A DNA stretch of 64,000 nucleotides from positions 13,979-77,978 of the forward strand of contig JBGOUQ010000009.1 in assembly GCA_041477065.1 (NCBI GenBank), in the 5' to 3' direction. This document shows positions 18,847-28,165 of this stretch, one piece after another. The DNA comes from Gemmatimonadota bacterium (GTDB lineage Bacteria; Gemmatimonadota; Gemmatimonadetes; Gemmatimonadales; GWC2-71-9). The position numbers and the translations under genes were made by a program. The stretch's first letter is position 1. The number at the start of each line of letters is the position of its first letter. The notes below the pieces were generated by a model, which was not told where the DNA came from, made no database searches, and was given only the letters and a program-made list of their open reading frames with translations.

Positions 18847-20018
18847 GGCCGCTTCTTCTCCGTTCCCAGGTCCATGCCCGGCATTCCGGCCATCCCGGCG
18901 CCGGTCGCGAGCCGCGATTCGGCGTCCACCAGGAAGTTGGCCGACGCCACGATCCGCTCGCCGGCGGCGAGGCCGCTGAGCACCTGGAACCGCCCCGCGG
19001 CGCGCGGGCCGAGAACGATCTCGCGCGGGGTGAGGGCGCCGCCCTCCCCGACGACGAAGACCAGGTTCCGTTCACCGGTCTGGACGACCGCTTCCGCGGG
19101 CACCTGCAATACGCTGGCGCCGAGGACCGCCTCGAAGAAGAGCGTCGCGTACATGCCGGGCTTGAGCAGCCCGACGGGGTTTGCAAAGGCGACCCGCACC
19201 CGCGCGGTGCGGCTCTGCTCGTCCACGGTCGGCCACACGAAGCTCACCCGGCCGTCGACAAACCGCCCTGGGTACGCCGCTAGCTCGGCCCGCACGGGCG
19301 CGCCGACCCGGACGAAGGCGAGGTCCTGCTCGAACACCGCCCCCTCGATCCACACCGTCCTGAGGTCGGCGATCCGATAGAGCTTCATCCCCGTCATCAC
19401 CGCCTGACCGGCGACGACCATTTTTTCCAGGACGACCCCGTCGACCGGCGCCTTCAACGCGAGCGTCTTGGTCACCTCGCCCGTGCGCTCCAGCCGCTCG
19501 ATCTGGTCGGCCGAGATGTCCCAGTAGGCCAGCCTGCGCCGCGCGGCATCCAGCAACGCCTGCGCGTTGCGCCACGCCTCCCGATCGGTCGAGTCCACGG
19601 CAGCCGCGAGCCGCTTGGCGGTGAGCAGCTCCTCCTGCGCCGCGACGAGCATGGGACTGTAGAGCGTGAGCAGCGGCTGGCCGCGGCGCACCGCGACGCC
19701 CGTGGCGTCCACGTACAGCTCCTCGACGAACCCGTCGATCTTCGTCGCAATGTCAGCGAGCCCTGGCTCTGCCGGGACGACTTGGCCAACCGTCCGCACC
19801 ACGCGCGCGAGCGGCCCGCGCTCCACGACTGTGAACCTCACGCCGATGGCGCGCGCCTGCTCGGCGCTCAAATGCACCGGGGTCCGTTCCGCGCGGCCCG
19901 ACTCCGCGGGCGGCGACCCGCTCATGTCCATCCCGGCCATCGAGTCCGCCGCCGGCTTGCGGCGGCAGGCCGCCGCCAGCATCCCCGCGATGGCGAGGAT
20001 CGTCAACAGTCGCGTCAT
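18843..20018 (-). CDS. Efflux RND periplasmic adaptor (CusB/CzcB-like)
   Basis: 391 aa with a lipoprotein-like N-terminus and MFP barrel-sandwich/hairpin pattern. It has 4-nt overlaps with both neighbours. Confidence 0.9.
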   Translation of the reverse strand: MTRLLTILAIAGMLAAACRRKPAADSMAGMDMSGSPPAESGRAERTPVHLSAEQARAIGVRFTVVERGPLARVVRTVGQVVPAEPGLADIATKIDGFVEELYVDATGVAVRRGQPLLTLYSPMLVAAQEELLTAKRLAAAVDSTDREAWRNAQALLDAARRRLAYWDISADQIERLERTGEVTKTLALKAPVDGVVLEKMVVAGQAVMTGMKLYRIADLRTVWIEGAVFEQDLAFVRVGAPVRAELAAYPGRFVDGRVSFVWPTVDEQSRTARVRVAFANPVGLLKPGMYATLFFEAVLGASVLQVPAEAVVQTGERNLVFVVGEGGALTPREIVLGPRAAGRFQVLSGLAAGERIVASANFLVDAESRLATGAGMAGMPGMDLGTEKKRP

Positions 20019-21277
20019 GGCTGCACCTCTCTGCCCACTAGGGCTTCCAGCTCCCCGACCGCCTGGTGATAGTCGGCGAGCAGCCGGTAGGTCTCGGTCT
20101 CGTAGCGGTTCACGGTCATCTGGTTGTCTACGAGGGTCATGAAGTTCACGCGGCCCACGCGGTAGCTCGACAGCGCGGCCTGGACGGCGGACCGTGCCTG
20201 CGGCAGGATGCTGCCGCGGTACAGTCGGGTGAGGTTCCGGTCCTGCTCGGCGCGCGCGCGGGTCTCGACGATCTGCGCCACTGTCTCGTTACGCAGATTG
20301 GCCAGCTCCGCCTGCGTCATGTCACGCATGGCCGCCGCCTCACGGCGCATGGGGAGCTGCCGCGCGCCGGCGAAGATCGGCACGTTGACACCGACCATCA
20401 GGCTCATCATCGTCGGGAATTGCGGGCGCTGCTGATAAACCACGCCGACGGAGAAGTCGGGGAACAGCTCCCGGCGCGCGGCGCTGAGCGAGGCTTCGGC
20501 GGCCGCGACCCGTTCCGCACCGGCACGCAGCGCGGGACGGGCTTGAAGTCCCCAGGCCACGAGGGAATCCACCGGCGGAAGATCCTGCTCCGCAGCACCC
20601 GGCAGCTCGAGCGCACCGATCGGCACCGCGGCCTCACGGCCGAGCAGCGCGTTGAACCGCGCGACGCCGGCCAGCCGCTCCTGGCCCATCCGCGTGATCT
20701 CCTCGCCCATCCGCGCCACCTCGACCTGGGCACGCAGCACGTCCTGCTGCACCGCCGAGCCGACGGCGTACATCGTCGTGCTGACCTCGAGGAAGTCGCG
20801 CAGCAGCCCGAGGGTGCGCCGCATCACGTCGAGCGCGCGGTCGGCATAGGCGACGTCGTAGTAGGCCATCCGGACCTGCGCGGCGAGCATCCGCTGCTGC
20901 TCATCGGCATCGGCCGTGGCCGCAGCGGCGCTGTGCCGGGCGGCCCGCCGCGCGCCACCCAGCTTCCCCGGCCAGGGCAGCATCTGCATCAGCTGCACCT
21001 GGTTCATGGTCATGGGGTCCGCGGTGGATCCGAAATCGGAGGCCATGCGGTTCATCAGGCCGAACTGGAGCTGTGGATCGGGGAGTGCCCCGGCGGGGCC
21101 GATTCGCTGCGCCGCGGCGGTAGCGCCCGAGCGCGCGGCGCGCAGCATCGGATTGGCGCCGAGCGCGATCCGCACCGCCTCGGTAATCGAGAGTGTGTCC
21201 GTCGGCGCGGCCTGCGCGGCCACACCGGTCGCGAGAACCAGCGTGGCCGCGATCAGAGAAACAGTGGCTCGCGTCAT
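20015..21277 (-). CDS. TolC-family outer-membrane efflux protein (CusC/CzcC-like)
   Basis: The chosen start is MTRATVSLIAATLVLATGVAAQA (signal peptide). The protein shows the two-repeat TolC-like helical pattern. Confidence 0.9.
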   Translation of the reverse strand: MTRATVSLIAATLVLATGVAAQAAPTDTLSITEAVRIALGANPMLRAARSGATAAAQRIGPAGALPDPQLQFGLMNRMASDFGSTADPMTMNQVQLMQMLPWPGKLGGARRAARHSAAAATADADEQQRMLAAQVRMAYYDVAYADRALDVMRRTLGLLRDFLEVSTTMYAVGSAVQQDVLRAQVEVARMGEEITRMGQERLAGVARFNALLGREAAVPIGALELPGAAEQDLPPVDSLVAWGLQARPALRAGAERVAAAEASLSAARRELFPDFSVGVVYQQRPQFPTMMSLMVGVNVPIFAGARQLPMRREAAAMRDMTQAELANLRNETVAQIVETRARAEQDRNLTRLYRGSILPQARSAVQAALSSYRVGRVNFMTLVDNQMTVNRYETETYRLLADYHQAVGELEALVGREVQP

Positions 21278-21522
21278 GCGGCAGTCTTGGCGAAGCGGTT
21301 GTAGAAGAAGCCGATCAGGGCGCCGCCCAGCCCGAACACCGCGGCTCCCTCGGCCATCCCGATGATCCAGCCGCCGACCGTCGGGCCGGACCCTATGAAG
21401 AGCTGCATCCACGGGTCGGGTTGCCGCGCCACGAGATAGATCGTGAAGCAGAGGGCGTTGATGATGGCGCCGGTGATCGCACCACTCGCCGCCAGCGCTT
21501 TGGCACTCAGTTGCGTGTTCAT
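21274..21522 (-). CDS. Small Gly-rich membrane protein
   Basis: 82 aa with two or three hydrophobic helices. The stop overlaps the cusC-like start (ATGA). Confidence 0.6.
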   Translation of the reverse strand: MNTQLSAKALAASGAITGAIINALCFTIYLVARQPDPWMQLFIGSGPTVGGWIIGMAEGAAVFGLGGALIGFFYNRFAKTAA

Positions 21523-21617
21523 CTGATCCCCTTGTCCCGGTACAGAGACCGGAACGGACGTAATGGACGCGGCCGGGGAATCCGGTCGCTACGCCGCTCG
21601 CCGCGAGGCGAGGAGGA

Positions 21618-21992
21618 TCAGCTGTTGGGAGGTGGTGTTGGGGGTCCGCCCAAGAAGATGCGGGGGACCCGAGCGTTCGATGCGAGAGTCGTGGAGCTCA
21701 AGCCAGCCGAGACTGTTTGAAGGTCCCCTGCTTGAAGCAGAGCCGGCGTCACACCCGTGCAACAGATCGTCGGGCCGCAGCCGACGGCCTGCATGCAGCC
21801 GGCGCCCGCGTGGCCCGCAGCAGTAATCACGGCCGCCGCGGTCGTTGCGGGCATGCCGGCGCAGTCGTGTCCAGCCGCGCTCACCGACACGGGGAACTGG
21901 GACAACACGAGACTCAGCGCCAGAAAACTGGCGAGCGCCCTATGGGTTGGGGTGAGTGGCTGACGCCCTGCGATCATAGCCATCGTCCTCAA
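21618..21992 (-). CDS. Secreted Cys/His/Met-rich protein (putative periplasmic metal binder)
   Basis: The signal peptide ends VSVSAA. The mature part carries 5 Cys, 2 His and a Pro-rich tail (GGPPTPPP). No family was recognised. Confidence 0.55.
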   Translation of the reverse strand: MRTMAMIAGRQPLTPTHRALASFLALSLVLSQFPVSVSAAGHDCAGMPATTAAAVITAAGHAGAGCMQAVGCGPTICCTGVTPALLQAGDLQTVSAGLSSTTLASNARVPRIFLGGPPTPPPNS

Positions 21993-22031
21993 TCTAACTC
22001 GACCGTTCCCCGAACACGAGACTCGGGCGGG

Positions 22032-22571
22032 CTAGGCCGTCGTGAAGCGGAACACCATGCCGTACATCCCGTTGCTGCCCTTCCACCCTGGTCCCATCTC
22101 TTGCCCGCTCATCGGGCCTCCACCACCCATCATGCCCCCGCCGTTCATCATTGAGGCTGAGGCCCACTGCCCGCCCATCATACCGTGCCCCGCCAGATCG
22201 ATCGGGTTCCCATCGGCGTCCTTCATCCCACCACCGAGGTGGAGGGTGTACGCCGTTGCGGCCGTGAGCGGCGCCGCCGGTGTGAACGACAGTGTCGTAC
22301 GGTCGCTCGACCACGTCACGATGCCGGGGACGGCCGGACCCGTCACGTCGCCCTCATGCAAGGAGACGTACATCTCCATGCCGGAGGCCATCGCATGGGT
22401 GAACGCGATCATAATCGGGGCACCAGGAGCGACACTCGCAGCGCCGCCCGCCGGGGTGACGGAGACGAGGGCGGTGGCAGCCGAGGTCGGACCCGTCGCA
22501 GTTCGTGAACAGGCCGTGGTACCGATGAGAACCGCGCTTACAACGGCGACTGTGGCTGTGCGGAATGGCAT
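22032..22571 (-). CDS. Lipoprotein with Ig-like (SbsA/Big_5-like) domain and Met/Gly-rich C-terminal tail
   Basis: The chosen start is MPFRTATVAVVSAVLIGTTAC (lipobox), with SD GGAGGAGGG. The tail is GHGMMGGQWASASMMNGGGMMGGGGPMSGQEMGPGWKGSNGMYGM, and Met-rich motifs are typical of Cu(I) binders. Confidence 0.75.
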   Translation of the reverse strand: MPFRTATVAVVSAVLIGTTACSRTATGPTSAATALVSVTPAGGAASVAPGAPIMIAFTHAMASGMEMYVSLHEGDVTGPAVPGIVTWSSDRTTLSFTPAAPLTAATAYTLHLGGGMKDADGNPIDLAGHGMMGGQWASASMMNGGGMMGGGGPMSGQEMGPGWKGSNGMYGMVFRFTTA

Positions 22572-22792
22572 GGCGAGGGTCCCTCCTCCGTGACCTTGGC
22601 GATCTTGAATGGAGGGCAACCTAGCGACGCCGTCGTGGCGGACCGATGAGGCGAGGATGAAGGAACCTTTCACGCCCCCCCCCTCGCACCCGGCGGGGGA
22701 AGCGGACGACATCACCAGAATCCATGGGCTTCGTAATTCGAGCGCAAGATCCGGATGGATTCGCTGCGCCTGGTCGAGGCATACTTGCCCCC

Positions 22793-23467
22793 ATGCACCG
22801 CACCATCGAACCCACCATCCTCTATTTCGGCACGCCCGTCGCCCTGATCTCCACATTGAATGAAGACGGCACGCCGAACATCGCGCCGATGTCCTCCGCC
22901 TGGTGGCTCGGCTGGAGCTGCATGCTGGGCCTCGGCTCCATGGGCAAAACCTCCGACAACCTGATCCGCACCCGCGAATGCGTGATCAACCTGCCCTCGG
23001 ATGCCCAGGTCGCCCACGTGGACCGGCTGGCGCTCACCACCGGCAAGAACCCCGTGCCTGAGAGAAAAGTGGGCTGGGGATACCGCTACGAGCCGGACAA
23101 ACTCGGCCTCTCGGGGCTGACCCCGATGGCGTCGCTCGACGTGCGTCCACCCCGCATCGCGGAGTGTCCGGTCCAGATGGAGGGCGTCGTCCACGACGTA
23201 CGCCCATTCGGCAAGAACGTGTCGGCGAACGCCTTCGAGGTGCACATTGTGAGACTGCACGTCGAAGAGTCGCTGCTGGTGGGAGACGGGCCGCGCCCGC
23301 ATATCGATCCCGAGAAATGGCGCCCCCTGATCATGAGCTTCTGCCGGTTCTTCGGGGTCGGCGGCGAGGTGCACCCGTCCCGGCTGGCCGAATCGGCGTT
23401 CATGCGCTTGGTACGGGAGGGGACGGGACCGCGGCCGGCGCCTCAGCAGCCGACCGTCCACCCATAG
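22793..23467 (+). CDS. Flavin reductase-like (FMN-binding split-barrel) protein
   Basis: The start is MHRTIEPTILYFGTPVALISTLNEDGTPNIAPMSSAWW, a pattern typical of the flavin reductase domain family. Confidence 0.8.
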   Translation: MHRTIEPTILYFGTPVALISTLNEDGTPNIAPMSSAWWLGWSCMLGLGSMGKTSDNLIRTRECVINLPSDAQVAHVDRLALTTGKNPVPERKVGWGYRYEPDKLGLSGLTPMASLDVRPPRIAECPVQMEGVVHDVRPFGKNVSANAFEVHIVRLHVEESLLVGDGPRPHIDPEKWRPLIMSFCRFFGVGGEVHPSRLAESAFMRLVREGTGPRPAPQQPTVHP

Positions 23468-23683
23468 AGACCGCGTGAGATAGGGTTCGCGAGCGGCTGG
23501 TCAGGATGAACGTGGCCTGCGCCAGCAGCCGCAGAGTGGCCCTGGCCCGCACTCCCTTGCACGCCTACGATTCGACGCTCGCCGCTCGATGGAGCTCGGG
23601 CCCCTACCAGGAACCCGCTCGTTCGACCGCCGCCAAGATAAATTAGGACCGCCAACCACATTCCAGATCCCCGGAGGGAGTGC

Positions 23684-23954
23684 ATGCAGGCGCTGCTCGT
23701 CGTCGACGTCCAGAACGAGTTCTCGCCCGAAGGACGGCGGTCGATCCGCAATCACGCCGAGGCGCTCGCCCACATCCGCCGCCACGTGCAGCGGGCGCGC
23801 CAGGAACACCGGCCCGATCGCGTGGGTCCGGCACCACAACAAGCCGCATGAGTCGAAGGCGTTCGTCCCCGGCTCCTGGGGCGCCGAATTGTCGCCGGGC
23901 CTGGGCCCGGTGACGGGCTACGGCCCGGAACGGCAGTTCGACAAGAACGTGTAG
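23684..23954 (+). pseudogene. Isochorismatase-family (cysteine hydrolase) remnant: frameshifted and 3'-truncated
   Basis: ATG 23684 gives MQALLVVDVQNEFSPEGRRS...QEHRP. The homology then continues in another frame (IAWVRHHNKPHESKAFVPGSWGAELSPGL...) and stops at 23954, well short of a full domain. Confidence 0.7.
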
Positions 23955-23967
23955 GGACTGCCAGAAC

Positions 23968-24201
23968 AAGATCGTCTACGTCGAGGTTGCGGAACCCGAA
24001 CGCCTGGTGTACGACCACGTGTCAGGCCCCAAGTTCCAAGCGACCGTGACGTTCGCCCCGCAGGGCGACAAGACCAGGGTCACGGTCCGAATGCTCTTCG
24101 AGTCGGCCGAGCTGCGCGACTACACGGCGCGGGAATTCGGGTCCGTGGAGGGCCTGCAACAGACCCTGGGCCGCCTCGCGGAACACCTCCACAGCGCGTA
24201 A
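23968..24201 (+). pseudogene. SRPBCC/AHSA1-family remnant (C-terminal half only)
   Basis: NKIVYVEVAEPERLVYDHVSGPKFQATVTFAPQGDKTRVTVRMLFES...GLQQTLGRLAEHL matches only the C-terminal half of the family. There is no plausible N-terminal half or start. Confidence 0.65.
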
Positions 24202-24326
24202 CTCTCCCCGCCGAAACCGATAGCGCGACCTGTCGATTTCGTGAACCCTCGTTCGTCGCAGGGGTAGAGCGGGGCCCGGGACCGTCCCGGACCTCGCTCC
24301 CGACCCCCCAAGAAGGAGAGCCGACG

Positions 24327-24761
24327 ATGCGCGTCATGGTGATTGTGAAGGCCAGCCAGGAGTCCGAAGCGGGCGTACTGCCCGGCAAGAAGCTTCTGAC
24401 CGACATGGGGAAGTTCAATGACGAGCTGGTGAAGGCCGGCATCATGCTCGCGGGCGAGGGGCTCCAGGCGAGCGCGCAGGGGAGGCGAGTGCGGTTCCAG
24501 GGCGGCAAGACGACGGTGATCGACGGACCGTTCGCCGAGACGAAGGAGCTGATCGCTGGCTTCTGGCTGTGGCAGGTGAAGTCGATGGACGAGGCCGTGG
24601 AGTGGCTGAAGCGCGCACCCTTTGGCGGTGGCATGGAAGAAGAGGTCGAGATCCGCCGCGTCTTCGAGACCGAGGACTTCGGCGCCGAGTTCACGCCGGA
24701 GCTCCAGGCGCAGGAGGAGCGCCAGCGTGCGCAGATGGCCGCGAAGCAGCAGAAGAAATGA
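24327..24761 (+). CDS. YciI-family protein
   Basis: SD AAGGAGAG is present, with the DGPFAETKELIAGFWLWQV signature of YciI-like proteins. Confidence 0.9.
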   Translation: MRVMVIVKASQESEAGVLPGKKLLTDMGKFNDELVKAGIMLAGEGLQASAQGRRVRFQGGKTTVIDGPFAETKELIAGFWLWQVKSMDEAVEWLKRAPFGGGMEEEVEIRRVFETEDFGAEFTPELQAQEERQRAQMAAKQQKK

Positions 24762-26056
24762 CCGCTCGAGGTTCCCCCGACGTGACAGCTGCTGACGCGC
24801 ATCGCGCGATCGAGGCGGTCTGGCGGATCGAGTCCGCCAGGCTGATCGCCGGGCTCGCCCGGATCGTGCGCGATGTCGGCCTCGCGGAGGATCTGGCGCA
24901 GGACGCGCTCGTGGCGGCCCTCGAGCAGTGGCCGGAGTCGGGCGTCCCGGACAACCCGGGCGCCTGGCTCATGGCCACCGCGAAGCATCGGGCGATCGAC
25001 GTGATGCGTCGAGGCCAGATGCTCGAACGCAAGCACGCGGAGCTCGGCCACGAGCTCGCGGCCCGGCAGGAGGAGGCCGTGCCGGTGCTCGACGCCACGA
25101 TCGACGATCCCATCGGCGACGACCTGCTGCGGCTCGTATTCACGGCTTGCCATCCGGTGCTCTCGACCGAGGCGCGCACGGCGCTCACGCTCCGCCTGCT
25201 CGGCGGCCTGACGACCGAGGAGATCGCGCGCGCGTTCCTCGTCCCGGTGTCGACCATCGCCCAGCGCATCGTCCGGGCCAAACGCACGCTCACCGAGGCG
25301 CGCGTACCCTTCGAGGTCCCCCGCGGGAGCGAGCTCGCCGCCCGGCTGTCGTCGGTGCTCGAGGTGATCTATCTCGTCTTCAACGAGGGCTACTCGGCCA
25401 CCGCCGGCGACGATTGGGTGCGCCCCGCGCTGTGTGAGGATGCGCTCCGGCTCGGCCGGATCCTGGCCGAGCTCGTGCCAGCCGAGCCGGAGGTCTACGG
25501 CCTCGTCGCGCTGATGGAAATCCAGGCGTCGCGCCTGCGGGCGAGGATCGGTCCGACGGGGGAGCCGGTGCTGCTGCTCGATCAGGACCGCGCGCGTTGG
25601 GATCACCTGCTCATCCGTCGTGGCCTCACGGCCCTCGGGCGCGCCGAGCAGCTCAGCGGTGCGCTTGGCCCATATGCGCTGCAGGCCGCCATTGCGGCGT
25701 GTCACGCCCGCGCGCGCACGCCGGACGAGACGGACTGGACGCGCATCACGGCGCTCTACGATGCGCTCGCCCAGCTCGCGCCGTCCCCCGTCGTCGAGCT
25801 CAATCGTGGGGTCGCCTACGCGATGGCATTCGGTCCGGCCGCGGGCCTCGAGATCGTCGATGCGCTGACCTTGGAGCCGTCGCTCAAGTCCTATCACCTG
25901 CTGCCGAGCGTGCGCGGCGACCTACTCCAGAAGCTGGGGCGTTTCGACGAGGCTCGGGCGGAGTTCGAGCGCGCGGCGGCGCTCACGCGCAATACGCGGG
26001 AGCGCCCGCTGCTGCTCGACCGGGCCGCCCGCTGCACACACGGGAGTACCACATGA
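24758..26056 (+). CDS. Sigma-70 family (ECF-like) factor with long C-terminal TPR-like extension
   Basis: The start MTARGSPDV overlaps the yciI stop (ATGA). Region 2 is DLAQDALVAALEQWP...PGAWLMATAKHRAIDVMRR and region 4 is LTTEEIARAFLVPVSTIAQRIVRAKRTL. This type is usually paired with YciI-like genes. Confidence 0.9.
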   Translation: MTARGSPDVTAADAHRAIEAVWRIESARLIAGLARIVRDVGLAEDLAQDALVAALEQWPESGVPDNPGAWLMATAKHRAIDVMRRGQMLERKHAELGHELAARQEEAVPVLDATIDDPIGDDLLRLVFTACHPVLSTEARTALTLRLLGGLTTEEIARAFLVPVSTIAQRIVRAKRTLTEARVPFEVPRGSELAARLSSVLEVIYLVFNEGYSATAGDDWVRPALCEDALRLGRILAELVPAEPEVYGLVALMEIQASRLRARIGPTGEPVLLLDQDRARWDHLLIRRGLTALGRAEQLSGALGPYALQAAIAACHARARTPDETDWTRITALYDALAQLAPSPVVELNRGVAYAMAFGPAAGLEIVDALTLEPSLKSYHLLPSVRGDLLQKLGRFDEARAEFERAAALTRNTRERPLLLDRAARCTHGSTT

Positions 26057-26601
26057 GAAAACTGTTCTGGCAGATGATGATGACGCTCGACGGCTTCCAC
26101 GAAGGGCCGAACCGGGAGCTGGATTGGCACGTGGTTGATGAAGACTTCGCCCGCTATGTCGCCGCAATGGAGAATGAGATCGACACCATTCTCTTCGGGC
26201 GGGTGACGTATCAGATGATGGCCGCCTACTGGCCCACCTCGACCGAGCCGGAAGCCCGCATGATGAACCAGCTGCCCAAGGTCGTCTTCTCGCGGACTCT
26301 GAAAAATGTCGAATGGCAGAACTCGAGGCTGGCCGGAGAAAACGTCGCGGCGGAGATCGCGAGATTGAAGCGCCAACCCGGCAAGAACGTGGCGCTGATC
26401 GGCAGCGCCGACCTGGCCTCCACGTTCATGCGCCTCGGCCTGATCGACGAATACCGGATCTTCGTCAATCCGGTCGTCCTCGGCCGTGGAACGCCGATGT
26501 TCAAGGACAGCAAGGACCGAACGGCTCTGAAACTCCTGAAAAGCGAGACGTTGAGGTCAGGCGTCGTCGCGCTCTACTACGAGCCTCCGCTCGCCGGTTA
26601 G
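26053..26601 (+). CDS. Dihydrofolate reductase-family protein (RibD C-terminal domain type)
   Basis: MRKLFWQMMMTLDGF...ILFGRVTYQMMAAYWP...DEYRIFVNPVVLGRGTPMF. The start overlaps the sigma stop (ATGA). Confidence 0.85.
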   Translation: MRKLFWQMMMTLDGFHEGPNRELDWHVVDEDFARYVAAMENEIDTILFGRVTYQMMAAYWPTSTEPEARMMNQLPKVVFSRTLKNVEWQNSRLAGENVAAEIARLKRQPGKNVALIGSADLASTFMRLGLIDEYRIFVNPVVLGRGTPMFKDSKDRTALKLLKSETLRSGVVALYYEPPLAG

Positions 26602-27560
26602 GGTCGAGGGCCGGCCCCGCCCATGGAATCGAGCGCGCTGCGGAGCCCGGTCGCCAATTCGCCGGCGTCGCCCACCGCCCAGAAGTGCATGAAGTAGAGC
26701 CTCGGCTGCTCGTCCAGCATGTGGCTGTGGACGGCCGTCACGTCAATCCCGTGCGCGCGGAGCGCGCGCAGCACCAGAGTCACCTCGGCAGCCCTGAGTA
26801 CAAAGTCGCCCGTGATCGCCGCCTTGCCACCGCCCGTCGGTTGGAAGTTGAGCGCCGTGGCTACACCCATCGCGGGCGGGATCACCACGTCTCCGTCGCG
26901 AATGGTGTCGCGCCGCGGCACGCTCACTTGATAGACACCCCCGTTGACCTTGCCGGAGTGACCGAGCGTCTTGGCGATCCGCGCGGTGTCGAGGCCCAAC
27001 GGGCTCGCAAGTACAGCAGTCGTCGCAACCGGGGGCGGCGGGGTCTTCGTCAAACCGACGGCCGCGCGGAGCGTCTGCGCGAGTGTGACGGCATTCCCCA
27101 CCCCGTGGATGTGCATGTAGAAGACACGCGGGGTTTCGTGAAGCACGTGATGGTGGAGCGCCGTGACCTCGACGCCGCCCTCGGCGAGCTTGGCCATCAC
27201 GGGCTCGATCTCGTCGTCCCGCAGCACGAGGTCGCCCATCACGACGGCGCCGGCGCTCGTCGCCTTGAAGGCGACCCATGATCCGAGCGCGAGCGCGGGC
27301 TTGAGCTGGATCCGGCCGATGGTGACCGTGAGGTCGCTGCGCGGCAAGCCGAACTTCTCCACCTCGCCGGGCTGCATCGACCCGGGCCGCCCCATGGCCC
27401 GTTCGACCGCGGCCCAATCGACGGTCACCGGCGGCGCCGTCGCCGCAGCCGCGCGCGCGGCCCCCGCTGCTTCCTCCCGCCCCGCCCGACCCCCGCAGGC
27501 GACGGTCCCCAGCAACGCCCCCGCGAGCAAGAACGGCCAGATCCTCCCGGTCATGGACAC
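26598..27560 (-). CDS. Two-repeat lipoprotein (DUF1259 / LppY-LpqO-like, from memory)
   Basis: The lipobox is LLGTVAC. An internal duplication is visible: VTALHHHVLHETPRVFYMHIHGVG and VTAVHSHMLDEQPRLYFMHFWAVG. Confidence 0.75.
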   Translation of the reverse strand: MSMTGRIWPFLLAGALLGTVACGGRAGREEAAGAARAAAATAPPVTVDWAAVERAMGRPGSMQPGEVEKFGLPRSDLTVTIGRIQLKPALALGSWVAFKATSAGAVVMGDLVLRDDEIEPVMAKLAEGGVEVTALHHHVLHETPRVFYMHIHGVGNAVTLAQTLRAAVGLTKTPPPPVATTAVLASPLGLDTARIAKTLGHSGKVNGGVYQVSVPRRDTIRDGDVVIPPAMGVATALNFQPTGGGKAAITGDFVLRAAEVTLVLRALRAHGIDVTAVHSHMLDEQPRLYFMHFWAVGDAGELATGLRSALDSMGGAGPRP

Positions 27561-27682
27561 CTCCCTGGTATCGCGAAGACGCGTTGCGCCCTAGTTCGCT
27601 CCCCCGTATGTTCGATGATACACTTGTTATAGTCAAGGCGGCGGGCACCCCGCCCGTTCACCCTCATGGTAGGGAGATCTCC

Positions 27683-28150
27683 ATGCGCTGGATTACTCGC
27701 GAGCATCCCAAGATCGATCGGGTCGCGTGCCCATGGCTGATCACCCGGTTCATTGACTCGGCGGCGGAGTTTCTGTTTGCACCGCCCCCGCTGGTCCTGG
27801 CGCGGGCCACGGAGCTCAACGCGATCCCCTACGACGTCGAGGGAGTCGAGCTCTCTCACGATGGGCCCTTGTGCAGCTTCGACGCCTTCCTGCGGAAGTA
27901 CCGGTTGACGGACCCGGCCCTGCACGAGCTGGCCGTCATCGTCCGCGGGGCCGATACCGACCGTCTCGACTCTGCCCCGCAGGCCGCCGGCTTGCTCGCG
28001 ATCTCCTTGGGTCTGTCCCAACTATTCCCCGATGATCACGAGCTGCTTCCACGCGGCTTCGTCGTCTACGACGCCCTCTACGCATGGCTCCGGCAGGCCA
28101 AAGGCGAGCGGCATACCTGGAACCCTCAGCGAATGCCGGTTCCGGTCTGA
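27683..28150 (+). CDS. ChrB C-terminal-domain protein (short form)
   Basis: The start is MRWITREHPKIDRVACPWLITRFID, which is the ChrB-domain hallmark, with SD AGGGAG. Confidence 0.8.
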   Translation: MRWITREHPKIDRVACPWLITRFIDSAAEFLFAPPPLVLARATELNAIPYDVEGVELSHDGPLCSFDAFLRKYRLTDPALHELAVIVRGADTDRLDSAPQAAGLLAISLGLSQLFPDDHELLPRGFVVYDALYAWLRQAKGERHTWNPQRMPVPV

Positions 28151-28165
28151 GGGCGCAGGTTCGCC

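Noticed and set aside
24240-24300. An ECF-type promoter (TGAACC ... ) upstream of the yciI-sigma operon.
   Set aside because: Only a loose -35-like GTGAACC is present, with no convincing CGT-type -10 at the right spacing. This is too weak to call without a PWM scan.
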